The notes beneath the pieces are model-generated. The model worked only from the letters and a program-made list of their open reading frames with translations, made no database searches and had not been told where the DNA came from. DNA of 64,000 bases from the human T2T-CHM13v2.0 reference genome, Homo sapiens: the NCBI RefSeq assembly GCF_009914755.1, contig NC_060932.1; one strand, given 5' to 3'. Position 1 is the first letter of the stretch, and each line of letters begins with the position of its first letter. This document shows, one piece after another, positions 11,371 to 29,855 of the stretch. The position numbers and the translations under genes were made by a program.

Positions 11371-14300
11371 GCAAATGCATTGTTTTGTGAATCTCACTTA
11401 TCTAAGAGAGTGATTTGCAGAGTTGACCTTACAATAAGGTCTTATCATCTTTTTCAGGGAAAGCACAATGTTTATTTGGAGTATGTTTTGTCAACATACG
11501 GGTAAACTTCAGAGCTTTCATTACATTCTTGTGAAGTTTTGGAACTTAATATTTTTAGACTTTAGAAACAAGTTGCAGGCCTGATTGAGTCAGTGAATAA
11601 CATTTCAAAGCAAGTTGAAGTTTCTATTTGTAGTTTTAGTTGCTTATGCTGAGTAGACACAGGACTGCTTTCCCCCAAGAGCTTTCTCAGAGTAAGGCAA
11701 TTAAGCCTAAGAGGCTACTTCATATTAAATCAATCAATAATGGAATAATAAAGGATTGTGTTTAATTCGTATTGGACATAAATTTTACTGTGCATGAAAT
11801 GATCATAGAACTTTCCAAAAATCCAAGCAACCTCAAGATGAATAACTTTGTAAACACAGAAGTACATTAAAGTGACTATTAATGCTATGTTTCCTTTAGT
11901 TTTGTGTGCAAAACAATCTTCCCTTTGACTCAGCATTCACTGGATTGTTGCCATGATAAACAGCTTGGACCTTGACTTGATGAAATTGTTTTCCTTAATG
12001 TGGACCTTTTATGATGAAGGCCTTTGGAAACTGTTGAGGAAATGACATCATAGAATTGATCTCCAAGTATATCACAAATCTATTATAAAATTGCTTGAAT
12101 AAAAGGGAAATAGGTTAGTTACCTGCATAATAGAAATTCAACTTTACTAATTTTATTTTGTGGAGACAGCGATAACAAAAATAAGAGTTATATGTGTGAC
12201 CAGTTGTTTGGGTGGTCGAATCTCCAAATCTCTACCACTTGTCACTCTCCCCTTTGCTGTAGGGTTGTGGTGACAAGCTAGAGTCTCAGTATTCAGACCC
12301 ACAGAACACTGTCTTATGCACAACTTCTGCATATTTTTCACCCCAACCACTCCCAGTGGCAACTCTTCAAAGAGCTCTTTCTGACACCCTACGTGAAGTG
12401 AAGTGAACCCTTCTCCACCCAGCCATTCTCTTCCTTGATACTATTTTTTTAGCACTTGCTACTGTGTGAAACAATTGTTTTTTTCTAACCTCTCCTTCCC
12501 ACCAGACTAAATCACATGATCTCTCTCTCTCTCTCCATATATTTAAGTCTATTTCACTCGCTGTATCTCTGCATTTGTTTGTTTATCATCTGTCTGTACC
12601 TCTGAAATTTGACCACATGGTCCATGTTGTGTGGTCTGTATTGATGGAAAGTGGTAGGAGAACCACTCCAGCAGGAATGAACCCCAGGTTTCCCTGCAGC
12701 ACCCTGGGGCTGAGTCCCTGGTACAGTAACCACAATGGAGCCTTTAAAGGGAGCTGGGCAATATAGAAGAGCTTTCATTTAAACTGACCTTTCTCCAAAA
12801 TTCACACTTGATATTCACTGGTGTTGACGTATTTCTAGACTTTTTTTTTTTTTTTTTTTTTTACTGTAATCAAGTGACCAGCCAGTAAGACAAATGCCTA
12901 AGGTTTACTAAGGATAGGATTCTTGTATCTCAACATGTAATTTATAAAGTTGTAAATTAAGATGTGGCCTGTGACAGTTAATTATTATGATAGCCATAAT
13001 GTCAGCAGGTCTGAAGTTTTCGGTAAAGAATCTGGCTCTTTGAGACCTGGCAGAGCTGACCAAGAAATCCTGCTGAATGTGCTGGGCTTGATCCCCTCAG
13101 CACTGGGTCATGCGCCACTGTAGCCAGAGTCATGGCAACTGTACTACCTGCAAAGCTGCCTCAGAGACAGAAGATACCCACACCTTTTTCTTACCAAGCC
13201 CAGGGCATCTTGCAACATTTGAGCCCTAACCAGGGAATTCATGAGCATCACTAAGCACAGAACAGGACCTGACCTACCCAGAGACCCCACCAGGCAATGC
13301 CTGGTCCTCTTAGCCAATGTCAACCAGAAAATAACTGGTATCACTTCTGATACTTGCCACCATTGTTTAAACCACTTCCCCCAACTCCATAGTTCTTGCT
13401 CCCTAAATGAAAAGGAAGCACCCAAGATCGCCTACCTTGAATCATGTTACCCCTTTAGTAGACTCTGTTTATTAGCCTGCACTCTCTAACCCCTTTCACT
13501 CATATCCAACAAAACTCATTTCAACTGTGAATGTTTACCTTACCAGATCCATCTTTGCACAAAGCCAACTCTCCACCTTTCTTCCCTGAACCTGCTACTC
13601 CCCTGAAAATATTGCTTGTCCTGTAGATATTCTCCAGAAAAAACTACCCATTTCCTCAAATCTACTCACTCATAGCCAGAAGAAAGTCAAAATCATCTGG
13701 ACTGTCATCAACTTTCCATGATCTTATGAGCTCTATCCATTCTTCTCTACACTTCTTAGAAAGTGCAAGTGCTGCTCCCCCCTCCAGTGCTGCACCTCTT
13801 GCTTTGTTCATCCTTTATGCTCCTGCCTGTTTCCTGAATTTGCCTGCTGTCTTCCATCTTGTGCTCCTCAAAACTGCCTGCTGGATTGCCAAAGTGATCC
13901 GACCATTTCTTCCTCCTGCTTAACATTGAAAGGCCTTCCCAGTGCCAGCAAGATGGAGTCCAGACCCAGTAGCATGGTTTCCATGGTTTTCCAATATGTG
14001 GCATCTGCCAGGCTTGAATGCCTCTTCTCTGACCAGTCCCTGTTTTTAAAGGCTGGAGCCCTAGCAGCCCTGTTAGACTATGAGGTTCACTGGGACTTTG
14101 GGCCCCTCAGAGTGTCACATTAACTAGAAGAGGCTGTGTCTCTCTTACTGTGGGCACTCCTCAACAGGCATGTGAAATTAGCTTGTCTCATTTATCCCAC
14201 TGATATTTGGGGTTTTTCAAAAAATTTCATTTACACCCAAACCTGCAAATGCAAACTTAAAATGAGAATGTTGGACTTCATTTATTAAGAGTCCTTTGAG

Positions 14301-15600
14301 CTTTGTGATTCTTGAAAACAAAACTAAAGTTGATATCCATATATTCTCACTGTCCTTTCACGAGGCCGACCTTATGAAAATGTCAGCAGTTGACCATTTT
14401 GACTACAAAAAAACTGCAATTTCATATCAACCTAATGCATGACTGTATCTTTTTATGTTTACTCAATATTTCAGATGATCTAAGCAAAGCCAAGATTCAT
14501 CTGCAAATTTAAAGTAGCTGTGTTATTATCAGTCATTCAAATTCCGTGTGATTTCCACTCTAGATGTATGTCATGCTATAGGAAGGAATTTTGGATTTGT
14601 TTTTTCTGCTTGTCTCCTGTGTTGGTGGGGAATACCAAATGGCTGTACCTGGAGCAAGTGCCATATATATATATCCTTTCATTAAAATTAATGTTGCCAA
14701 CCAAACCACTTAGAGCACACTTTGTCTAGCACTTAAGAAATGCAAGTCTGTTTTAAAAAAAATCATTTTCCTGCTCTGATGTAATCTTTAACATGGGATT
14801 ACATTCAGGGGGATTCAAAGGGGAAATTTTTTTTTTTTTTAGTACTAGAAACTGGAAAATTAGAAAAAGCGATTTCACATCCATAATTGTAGGAAGTATT
14901 TGGTCCTCATTGTTGTCTTTATGTTTGTAAATATGTGTTAGGTCTGTTTCAGGGTAGCCGTTTTTCATATGATCCAATTCCTAGAATCAAGTGTCATGTG
15001 GTGCACTTGCTGAATCCACACATCCATCTACACAGTAGTTTTGGGTGCCTGCTCTGAGCCAGGTGTGTCATGTTAGGGCCTGACAAATTACCCCTGCTTT
15101 CCACTTGCTGGGCACTGACCCTTTTTGCTGGAACATGGGTAACGTGGTCTATATATATGAGGCTGGGAAGATCAAACTCTGCACGGTATGGTTCCACAAA
15201 GGAATTCAGTCCTTGGGACATGCTAGTCCAGGGAACACTTTCTAAACTCTAGAGTGTAGGAGGGCTCAATTTGTTCATTTACTTAAATGTTATAATGAGA
15301 TAAGATGTGATTGTGCATTATGATAAAAGATTGGAATCTCTGGGGAGAGCAGAGCCCTGGCAACTGCTGTGCACGTTGTCCTTTTGGTTTTTTTTTGTGT
15401 GTCATATTAATAGCGTCCTATGGTTTCATATCTGGCTGTTTTCACTTAGCATGCTTTTGAGATTCACTCATGCTGTTGCATGTGTCATGGTCTATTTTAT
15501 TTCTCAGCAGCACTTAGACTTGCGAGTCTTTTAGTCATTCTGGTGGGTGTGCAGTGGCATTTCATTGTGTTTTAATTTGCATTTCCCTAATGATTAATAG

Positions 15601-16386
<786 letters not shown>

Positions 16387-18200
16387 TCATGCTTTTTGCG
16401 TCCGATCTAAAAAATCTCTCCCTAACCCAAAACCACATAGATTTTCTTTTCTTTGTTTTCTACATGGTTTGTAGTTTTATCTCTTACATTTAGATCCCTG
16501 GTGCATTCAGTTAATTTTTGTATATGTGTGAGGTAAGTGTTGATGTTCATTATTTTTCATGTGGCTATCCAATATCAGAAAATCAGAAAATAAGATAATC
16601 CATATTCCATTGAATTACCTTAGCATTTTTTTTGGTCAAATAACCTAATAAGTGTGGATTTAATTTTGGACTTTCTATTCTGTTCCATTGATCACTGTGT
16701 CTGTCCTTATTACAATATTGAACTGTGTTGATTTTTGTAGTTTTACTGTTAGTTTTTAAATCAGATAGTGCAAGTTCTTTAAGATAGTTCTTTTTCAAAA
16801 TTGTTTTGCCTAGTCAATATTCTTTTATTTTATACGTATTTTAGAATCAGCTTGTTCATTTCTACAAAAATACTGCTGAGATTTTTATTTGGATTGCATT
16901 ATACCTATATAGTAATTAGGGTAGAAATTACATCTTAAAAACGCTGGCTTTTCTCATCCATGGACATGGAGTATCTCTTCATTTATTTAAGTCTTTATTA
17001 GTTTCTCTTAGCATTGTTCTCAGGTTTAAAGTGTACAGGTCTGCGCATCTTTTGTTATGTACATCTTTTATATTCATAGTATTTTTGATGCTAATATGAA
17101 TGCAATGCTTAATATAACTCTATTGTTCTTTGACAGTATATAGAAATATAATTGATATTTTAATATTGGTTATGTAGGTTGGAACTGTGCCAAACTCACA
17201 TATTACCTCTATTAGATTTTTTGTAGTAGATTACTTAAGATTTCCTACAAATAAAGGCAGTTTTACTTCTTTCTTTCCTATCTGTATGTCTTTTAAAATT
17301 TTCTTCCTTTATTAGCCTGGCTAGACCCTGTGGGACAACATTGAATAGCAGTGGTAAGAACTGTCATCCTGGCTTGTTCCCACCTTCAGGGGAAGGAAAG
17401 CATTTGCTTTTTTCCATTAAGTTTAATGCTAGCTGTAGGTTTTTCCCAATGCCCTTCAAAAGGTAAAGAAAAGTCCATCTATCATTACTTTGTTGATACT
17501 TTCTATCCTGAATGAATGATGAGTTTTTTCAAATGCTTTTTCTGTATCTATTGAGGTTCTGTATCATAGGTTTTTGTCTTTTAGTCTGCTAATGTGATAT
17601 ATTATGTTGATTAAGTTTGGAATGTTAAACCAACCTTGCATTCCTAAACTCTTGGTAATGATGTCTTATCCTGTTTATATATTCTTGGATTCAATTTGCT
17701 GTATTTCCAGTAATGATTGTCACACCTACCTTCAGGAATATTGGTCTGTAATTCTGTTTCCTTGTAATATAGCTGGTTTGGGTTTCAGGAAAGTGGTGAC
17801 TTCATTAAGTAAATTTGGAAGTGTTGCCTCTTCTTTTATTTATTGTAAGTTTGTGTAACATTGGTGTAATTTCTTCCTTAAATGGCTAGTAAAATTTGTA
17901 AGTAAAATTATGTTCCTGAAGTTTTCTTCTAGGGAAGGTTTTTAATTAACATTTTTAATTTTAACTAATAGATGTAGGATAATTTGAGTTATCTATTTTT
18001 TATTAAGTGAGCTTTGATAGTTTGAGTCTTTTAAGAAATTTATCCATTTCATATAAAATGTAGTTTATTGGCATAAAGTTGTTCATAATATTCCCTTATT
18101 GTCCTTTCAATGAACATAGGATCTATAGCGGTGTCCACTTTTTAATTTTTATTACTGGTAATCTGTATCTTCTTTCTTTTTTCATGGTCAGTCTGGATAG

Positions 18201-18668
<468 letters not shown>

Positions 18669-19499
18669 TATTCTTCTCTTCTTATTCTAGTTTTCTTGAA
18701 GGAAACCTAAATATTACTATATAGAAGCATCTAATGTTCTACATTTCTGTTTAAATACAAAATTAAATTCACATCCTACAAAACTGACATGTTGTGCTTT
18801 TATTTTCATTCCTGGTAAATTGGAATAGACACTGAACATTGTGAATCTTATATTTTTTGTTGCTGGCTTTTGTTGTGTTGCTTTAAGTGAAGCTGAATTT
18901 TGTTCTACCACCCAGTTATGTTACTTGGAATCAGTGGGATTCTTTGAGGTTTTTGACTCTAGAGCAGTTATTTTCTGGAGCTAATATAGTCCTACTACAA
19001 GGGTGAGACTGCTCTGAGCATTCCACCTGATGCTCCAGTTAAAGTTCTTTCAATCAGACTTGTGAGACCATGGACTATTCCCAGCTTTGTATGACCTCTA
19101 GGGATGATTTGATTATTTGTTTGGCCAGTCAGGGTTAATTTCCTGTCATTTTTTACAGATCAGTACTCAGCCAAAAATCAAGGTGACCCCTCTGTGATGC
19201 TGTTCCCAACATCCAGCCATCTCACTCTTCATGAACTTCCATCTGAGTCTCAACCCAGTGAGAAGCTCAGCCTGTTCATGCATTTTGGCCTGGGCACAGT
19301 CTCCAAGGGGTGAGCTGTTATCACTTTAGGCTCCCAACCCTTTGCTTACCTTTTTCCTGGGGCCATGATCCTCTGCTACCTTCTCTCCAAAGCTCAAGCC
19401 ATATTTAATGTATTTTGCCTGCTTTTCTAGTTGTTTAAGTTAGGAGAATAAATCGGATCCCTGTTCCTTATCTGGGACAGAAGAGAAAGTCCCACTGTA

Positions 19500-19818
<319 letters not shown>

Positions 19819-20149
19819 AGTAATTCTATAATATATAATAAACTCATGAAAAGCAGCCTTGATATACTTTCCAGCATTTAAAACTGTTCTAGATCTCTAC
19901 ACTTTTATGGTTTCATAATATCCTTTTAAGAAAAAAAATGCACATATTTTCAAACGTATATTTTTACATACTTATATATTATGTACATTCATATACATGT
20001 ATTTTATATTAATGCATTTATGAATTATAAAGCATATACATCTATAAAATCTACGTCTATATACATTTATAAAATGTATAAAAGCATACACATTTTAAAA
20101 TCTTTTTTTGTCTGATAAAAATTATTGCCTAGTGAGAAATGTGATCAAA

Positions 20150-20820
20150 TGTGCTTTGCATTTCAAGATCAATTTTGTTTTTACGTAAAAATCCTGCCGC
20201 GGTTATGATTGGGATACCATCAAGTCTATTGACTAATTCTCAGAGGACTGAGACCATAACTGTGTTAAATCTTCCCGTGCATATGCATGGGATATCCCTT
20301 TTATTTTAGTTTTCTTTAATTTTCTCAGCAACATTTGATAGTTCTAAAAAGCATATTCTTAAACGTTTATGTTTTTGCTGCTGCCATATATGTAATTCTT
20401 TTTTTCAAAAAGTTTGTTTCCGATTGTTTGTTGCTAGTATATAGAAGTACAATTGGTTTCTGTTGACCTCGTATTTTTCAAACATGCTAAATATCCTTCA
20501 CTTATTAGTTTTGGTAGCTGTTTAGTAAGTGCCTCAGGATTTTTAGAGAAGCAATCATGTTGTTCATATATGTTGGCAATTTTACTTATTTGTTTCCAAA
20601 CTTGATTTTTTTTTTTTTCTGGCTTTATTGAACTGGTTAGGTCATCCAGTACAATGTTGATAAGCGGTAAAAGCAGACATCCTTGCTTTGTTCCTTCCAC
20701 CACTAAATATGTTAGCTGAGGATTTTTCATGGATGTCCTATAGCAGATTGAGAAATTTGTGTTCTATTCCAAGCTTCCTGGGAGTTCTTATCAATGGTTA
20801 TTGAATTTCTTATTGCTTAC
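20150..20820 (-). mobile_element. Old L1M ORF2 fragment
   Basis: ORF 20434..20730 contains L1 reverse-transcriptase-like GTKQGCLLLPL. Confidence 0.8.
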
Positions 20821-21360
20821 CCCCATTTGCTGGAAGCAACACAAGTATCTATTAGGTGATAGCTACATGTTAGAGAAAGCGTCAACGAATCTCAAATGCT
20901 TCTCTTCTAGTAAGAAAAATGATGCATAACTTACTCTTAAATTTGACAGCTTTTTGAAACTGTGCCACACTATGATCAGCAAACATGCGTGTGGCACAAA
21001 AAAGACACATAATCTCTCCCCCTCTTGTTATGAATTGTCAAGATTTCACAATTTTTGTAAAGCTCTTGTTTTTATAAAATTGAGTATATCATTGGCTTTG
21101 TTCACTTTGGATTTAATTTCCTTACTAAAGTACTTGCCCATGACTTATGGAATAGAGTCACTTGATAGCCCTACCTAGTCGTTTTTGTTTTCATCTTGGT
21201 TAAAAATTCATAATTTTTTGGTAAAATATTGTTTTTATTTACTACTTCCTTTTGTGTTAGATATGCTTTCTTTAGCATATCTGTCCCTTAGAGGCTCACA
21301 AAATTTCCTTCCTGAAATGAATTGATCACATACTATAAGCTTATACATATTAGAAATCTA

Positions 21361-21772
21361 TGTGGACAGTTTGAAACACACCTTTATTTTTCCTCTGAGT
21401 TATATGGGAAGATGACTCTTCTCAGCCCCTTTGCATCAAGATGAGACAACGTATCTGGGTTCTGGCCAGTGAAATATGAGCAGAAACAAGAGCAGTTCCA
21501 TCTAGGCCTGGCCACACAATGTCTCTTGATCTTCTGCTTGGCTCCCCCTCTCTGTGCTGCCAGAAGCAAAGGATGCTGCATGGTGTGGGCACATGACAGT
21601 AGGAGCTTGGGCCCCTTTGGTTAACCCTTGGAGGGCAGCCATTCAGGATGGCTTCACAGTCAAGGGTCCCCAGTGGACACTGGATAAGTAAGAAATACTC
21701 ATATATCTTCATTGCTTTACAACACTGGGATTTGGTGGTTGTGTGCTACAATAACCTATCCTGACTAATACA
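21361..21772 (+). mobile_element. MLT1-type MaLR solo LTR (old subfamily)
   Basis: gttctggccagtgaaatatgagcagaa motif and terminal cctatcctgactaataca. Confidence 0.7.
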
Positions 21773-21954
21773 TACATATATATACACATGCATATATATA
21801 CACACACACAATACATATGTGTATATATAGTATATATACATATGTATACATATGCATGTGTATATGTATGTGTATATATAGTATATATACATATATACAT
21901 GCATATATACATATACATAATATATAAATATATATGTGTGTGTGTATATATATA
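21773..21954. repeat. (TA/CA/TG)n low-complexity repeat
   Basis: Directly visible. Confidence 0.95.
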
Positions 21955-22061
21955 AAATTAGTGTAGCTAATCTTCCAACCAGGTAACAAAATTTACTCCT
22001 TCTTTTAATGCTTTAAATAAATATTTTATATGCATCTTCTAGTAGTATTTACTAGCAAATT

Positions 22062-22229
22062 GTGATGTTTAATTTTAGGTGTCAACTTGACTAGATTAAG
22101 GAATACTTACAGGACTGATAAAGCATGACTTCTGAGTGTGTCTGTGAGGGTGTTTCCTGAGGAGATTGACACGTGAGTAAAGATCTGCCCTGCCCTCAAT
22201 GTGGCAGGCACCATCCAATTGGCTGGGAC
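22062..22229 (+). mobile_element. MLT2 (ERVL) LTR 5' fragment
   Basis: Starts tgtgatgtttaattttaggtgtcaacttgactagattaagg; contains gtgtctgtgagggtgtttcc and caccatccaatt. Confidence 0.8.
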
Positions 22230-24919
<2,690 letters not shown>

Positions 24920-25661
24920 AATGAATGATTTAAACATTGTTGACATTGACATATTCATTTCCATGTATTATTTCAATAATTTTTCAGTGGCAGGAAGAAC
25001 AAATGTTTTCCCAAAGCGATTTGGCTTTTCTTGGCCTCTTTTATTATCTACTGAGATGCCATCAGCAAGACTTACAAATATTTCTCATTAAGTTAATAAA
25101 AATTTGTAAAGTGCAATATTGAGTATTCTTGGCTTTATATATCTTTCAAAAATTTTAAAGATTTTTCTCCGTATTCTAGACAGCTACTTTTAATTATCTT
25201 ACTAACCATTCTATCATTAGTTTATATTTTAAATCACAGTGCACAGTTAGTTCAGGTTTCTCTTCATTGAGTCACTTGAATCCCATAAATCAAATGATCT
25301 TTCTAATAAATTTGTATTTCTTTTGGTCAGCATCTTACAGATCTGGCTAGATCATCACTGATATGACCTCATGTTGGTGACAGTGATCTTGTGCTGGGAG
25401 AGGGAGAGAGGATGGCTCTGCCACTCTTGTTGTTGGCTAGTGATTTGAGTGTCAGTATTATCTTCAACTCAGGGTTTCTGTGAAGGAATGATTTTAAAAA
25501 ACTTGTCCTTTTTTGTCAGGGTTAGTTTAGTTAAAACCAGGTAATAGAATCCATAAATTTACTTAGCCAGGCAATACCTATGATATTTCAAAAGCAAATA
25601 AACAAATTAAGATGCCAGCATTACTTCCTCCATGTTCTCAGAATACTTGTCTTAAGGATAC

Positions 25662-26014
25662 TGTTGTGGACTGAATGTGCTTCCCTAAAATGCATCTGTT
25701 GAAATCCTCATCAGAAATGTGACACTGTTAGAAGGTGGGGCTTTTAGAAGGTGATTAGGTCATGATGGTTTCGCCTTCATGAATGGGACTTGTGCCCTTA
25801 TAAAAGTGACTCCAGAGGGCTAACTCACCCCCTCTGCCATGTGAAGACACAGTGAGATGGCCCCTTAGGAAGCAGAAAATGGACCCTCGCCAGAGACTGA
25901 ATCTGCAGGAGCCTTGATCTTGGGTTCCCCAGCCTACTGTGAATGATAAATCATTGTTGTTTGAGCCACCCAGTCCATGGTAGTTCATTATAGCAGCCTT
26001 AACTGGTTAGGGCA
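25662..26014 (+). mobile_element. MLT1A-like solo LTR
   Basis: tgttgtggactgaatgt...aggtgattaggtcatga...gcccttataaaag...gagccacccagtccatggta. Confidence 0.85.
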
Positions 26015-26800
26015 GGTATGACTATTCTCTATATGTATAAGAGCATGTTATTTTGAGAGCCTGCCTTCAAATACACCCCATAACTCAAAAACAAAACAAA
26101 ATGAAAACCTTGGCTCATTCTAACTTAATAACCAATGTTGGAGAAATTTTCCTCTCGGTAGTTTGTGAGATGTGTCATCGCATTTTGTGTGTTCCTCGTG
26201 GCACTCCATAGGTGTCACATCCTTTGCACATAGCCTTGCCCCATGCTTCAGACAAGAAGTAGAGGTCATCCTACAGAGTCCTGAAACTCTTCCCTCTTTT
26301 CCTCCTCCCTGAGCAATCACATTTACCCTTCCTTCCTGACTCATGGGAAGAGTATTATCGCCCTGACAAAAAGAATAATCTTAATGTTTCCAAAAAGCAC
26401 ATAAAATTCTCTTCAGTGTTTTACCTTATTTTCAAGTGTACTTTTGAATGACATCCTCAACGCTTTGAAAATCAGTTTTCTATTTTTTATTTCTATTGTT
26501 TTTGAGCATCTGCCTACCTTGAACCGTATTGTATTCTGTAAGGTGATATCATGTCCTGTACTAAAGATATATCATATTAAACAATAAAAAGTTCCAACTA
26601 GAGCTTTAGTTATAATGACATCATTTGACATGTCAAAGTGGGTTTTGAATTTGCAGATAATTAGTTTCCTGTCATTATTTGGTTGTTCATCATCTTGCTG
26701 TTGAAGCCTCAGTATTGAGCCAGCCTCAAGATCAGGAAGGCCTTCACTTTCTCTTTCACATTCCACACTGAATGCAACATGAATACAAATAGAGTTACTT

Positions 26801-27086
26801 GTCCTGGCACTGTGGCTCACGCCTGTAATCACAGCATTTTGGGAGGCCGAGGCAGGTCAGAAGTTTGAGACCAGCCTGGCCAACATGGTGAAACCCCGTC
26901 GCTACTACAAATGCAAAAATTTGCTGCGCATGGTGGTGCACACCTGTAATCTCAGCTACTTGGGAGGCTGAAGCATGAGAATCACTTGAACCCGGAGGTG
27001 GAGGTTGCAGTAAGCCAAGATTGCACCACTGAACTCCAGCCTGGGTGACAGAATGTGACTCTGTCTCAAAAAAAAAAAAAAAAGAA
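26801..27086 (+). mobile_element. Alu (AluS-like) with a small left-arm deletion
   Basis: gaggcaggtcagaagtttgagacc lacks the usual ggatcacctga segment; poly(A) tail present. Confidence 0.93.
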
Positions 27087-29855
27087 ATAGAATTTCTTGT
27101 CTTCCACTTCCTTTTAGCTGTACACACAGTTTAGCTACACTTGAAGAGTTTAGAGCCAAGAGATTCTTTACTTTAATAAAATATTGACTTTTATAGGGGC
27201 CACACAATGACTTTGGTTTGTTTAGGGGGAGCTTAGGAGGAATCAAATACATTTTTCTTTTTCTTCATTCATCCCTGGTGAAATCAGTTCCTCATTGAGG
27301 TCAAGTTTAAGAGTCTTAAACTTGGCAAATCTAAGAGTCTCTCATTAAAACCCTGATGGCATACACATGGCTGTTTAAGAGTTACAGTAGGCAAGGGGTC
27401 ATGGCACAAAGGCTGATGTTGTTTCTGCTTCTTTCCCCCAAAGTATCCAGCATGTGGAAAATGTGTATCAACTGACCCTGTGTCAATGAAACCTCACAAT
27501 GGATGTGTCTTTTGAATTCCCCTGAAGCAGTGCCATTCAATTTAGACCCGTGGTTCTATGAAACAACATGTGACTAATTCTGATTTTAGAGGGCATAGTT
27601 AACAAGGCAAGTGCTATAGGTGATTTCGGGGAGAAAAGCAAACTCCCTACCCATGCAGTGTTGTTTTATAGTCACTATGACATCAGCTGATTTTCTGTAG
27701 ATAGCGATGATGCATTTGAGAAGCTGGCTTTGAGACTGGGAAGTGTGGGTGTTGTTAAGTTTAGGAATCATTATGGGACTAGCAGGGACTTGAGAAATTA
27801 GAGGAGACTAGTGAATCTCTATAAAGAGTGATTCAATTTAATGTCTGCTTGGGAGCAACCAATGGCTCATCATTAAAAAGGTTGTCTGTGATTGGGCTGT
27901 GCTGCAGTAAGCTAATTGAGGAATCCTGCAATTTCAAATTCAATCTATGAACTTAAATATTGTCTCCTTTTAGTGGTCAGAGAGCCATGCATTTAAACAA
28001 AAATGAGCCAGTGTTGTAGAAGCCTTTTATGTTGACAGAATCCTAAAGTGTTTCTTGTTCTGGATTTCAAGTTCTTAAAAGTCTTTGTTTCAGTCTTTTG
28101 TTTGAATTATTGATGTCTACAATACACATATTAAAACTTAAACTTATTTTACCACTCTGTGTATATATCGATATAACCAGTTAACAGTTAATCAAGTCAT
28201 ACCTTATTTAGATTAAAAATTGGTTCATTTTAGTGTTCCCTTTTTACTAGCAAAGCTCTGGATAATGGAGCAACACAGCACAAAGGGTAACTGACTTATA
28301 AAAGCTCTTTATGATGCCAGGAGCAACAGAACACAGTTAATGTACTCCCCTTCCTTGCTTGGGTCTTCACATAAGATATTCTGTAAGGCTGTGCTTTCAA
28401 AATAATGCCAGCCTTAATAGCAGAATTGTGAGTTTTGTGTAAACAAATATACTTTCCAGTACTTTGGGGGTTATTCTTCTAACAGTCGTTGAACAATTGT
28501 TACTTAAACTAAGCCACAGTGTCTCCGCGATGAGTGTCTTCACTGCAGTTGGCTCTGTAGTGGCTGTTACCATTTCCTTTTCATAAACAGGCTGTAGGGT
28601 TTCTTCAGTGTAGACAATGGGTTGGGCATGGTCAGTACTCGTCGTTCCCATGCCACCTTTGATTTCTTGGGCCATCTTTTGGATATAATTGTTTGGAGGT
28701 ATTCCCTTTTCTTTTTCCTTTTGGGCTTACGGACCTTTAAGCATGCCAGGTCTGTGTGTGTGAGTGCTTCAAGTAAATGTAGTACCTGTGTTTACATTTA
28801 TAGCTGCATTAAAAAGAAAACAAACTGTAAAATCATCCAAGTGTTACCTCTATGGCGGTCATGAAATGCCCTACATTTATTTTTCTTCTTATCACTGAGT
28901 AGTAATAATAAGGATGACTGCCATCTTAAGGAAAATTTGCTAATTCCGAGAAATATGTATTTCCCCAGGACCAAATTGGCCCTTAGCTGGTTGCTGTGTG
29001 CCTCCCCACATTGGTCCAGGTCCTTTCCAATGTTTATGCCACCTTCTGGGTTCCAGTCTGCTTTCGCTGGTCATTACTTAATTTCATTCTCAACAATACC
29101 CTCTGAAGCTACTTCCTGCTTTTCTAGAGAAAGAAGCCAATGATCAGAATGGTGAATTGATTAGTTCACAAACCAGCCAGCCAGTGGCAAAGTTGGGCTT
29201 GAACTGGGAAGGGCCCTGCTGCTCACCCCAGCCCCGGGGCTGTCTCTCTCTTCCTGCTTTCCTGTCTAATTGAGATTGGATGCTTGTTTTCTCTTTTCTG
29301 ATGTTTGGCTAGACCTCTATCTACTGGCTTTTGGTAGACCCCACCAGCTAATCCATCATGTCTCTCAGTTAAACCTAAGGAGCCCTAGAAAGAGGGGTGC
29401 ATGTATATCATCTATTTCTCCTTTTTTATTTTAAATTTCAATGTTAATTATTTTGGTGCAAGTTCCACAAGCACAATTCCTGGGAAAGCTATTAATTTCT
29501 GATGGAACTGGGGCCAAGTCTGTTGCTGATATTCAAAATCTCTTCTCTCACCAGTCATAGGCTTATAGCTGGGCACACAAATGCCCTGCCAGGCCCTGGC
29601 TCAGCCTGTATTGTGCATACAGATGGCTATAGGAACAAATGGATCTGTGCACCCCAGGGCCTGTGATGTGAAACACTGAAGCAGATTCACTCCCCCACGA
29701 ACTGAGGCGAGAGTGTCTCCTGTCACTCAGCCTCAACCATGCAGGGGATGGTGGAGAATTTAGATGCAAGAGCTCCAGTCCTTGAAGTATCTCATGGCAC
29801 AGAGCCCCCTGCCGGCCTGGGACACTTACCTTGGGTCTGAGAGGATATAGCTACT

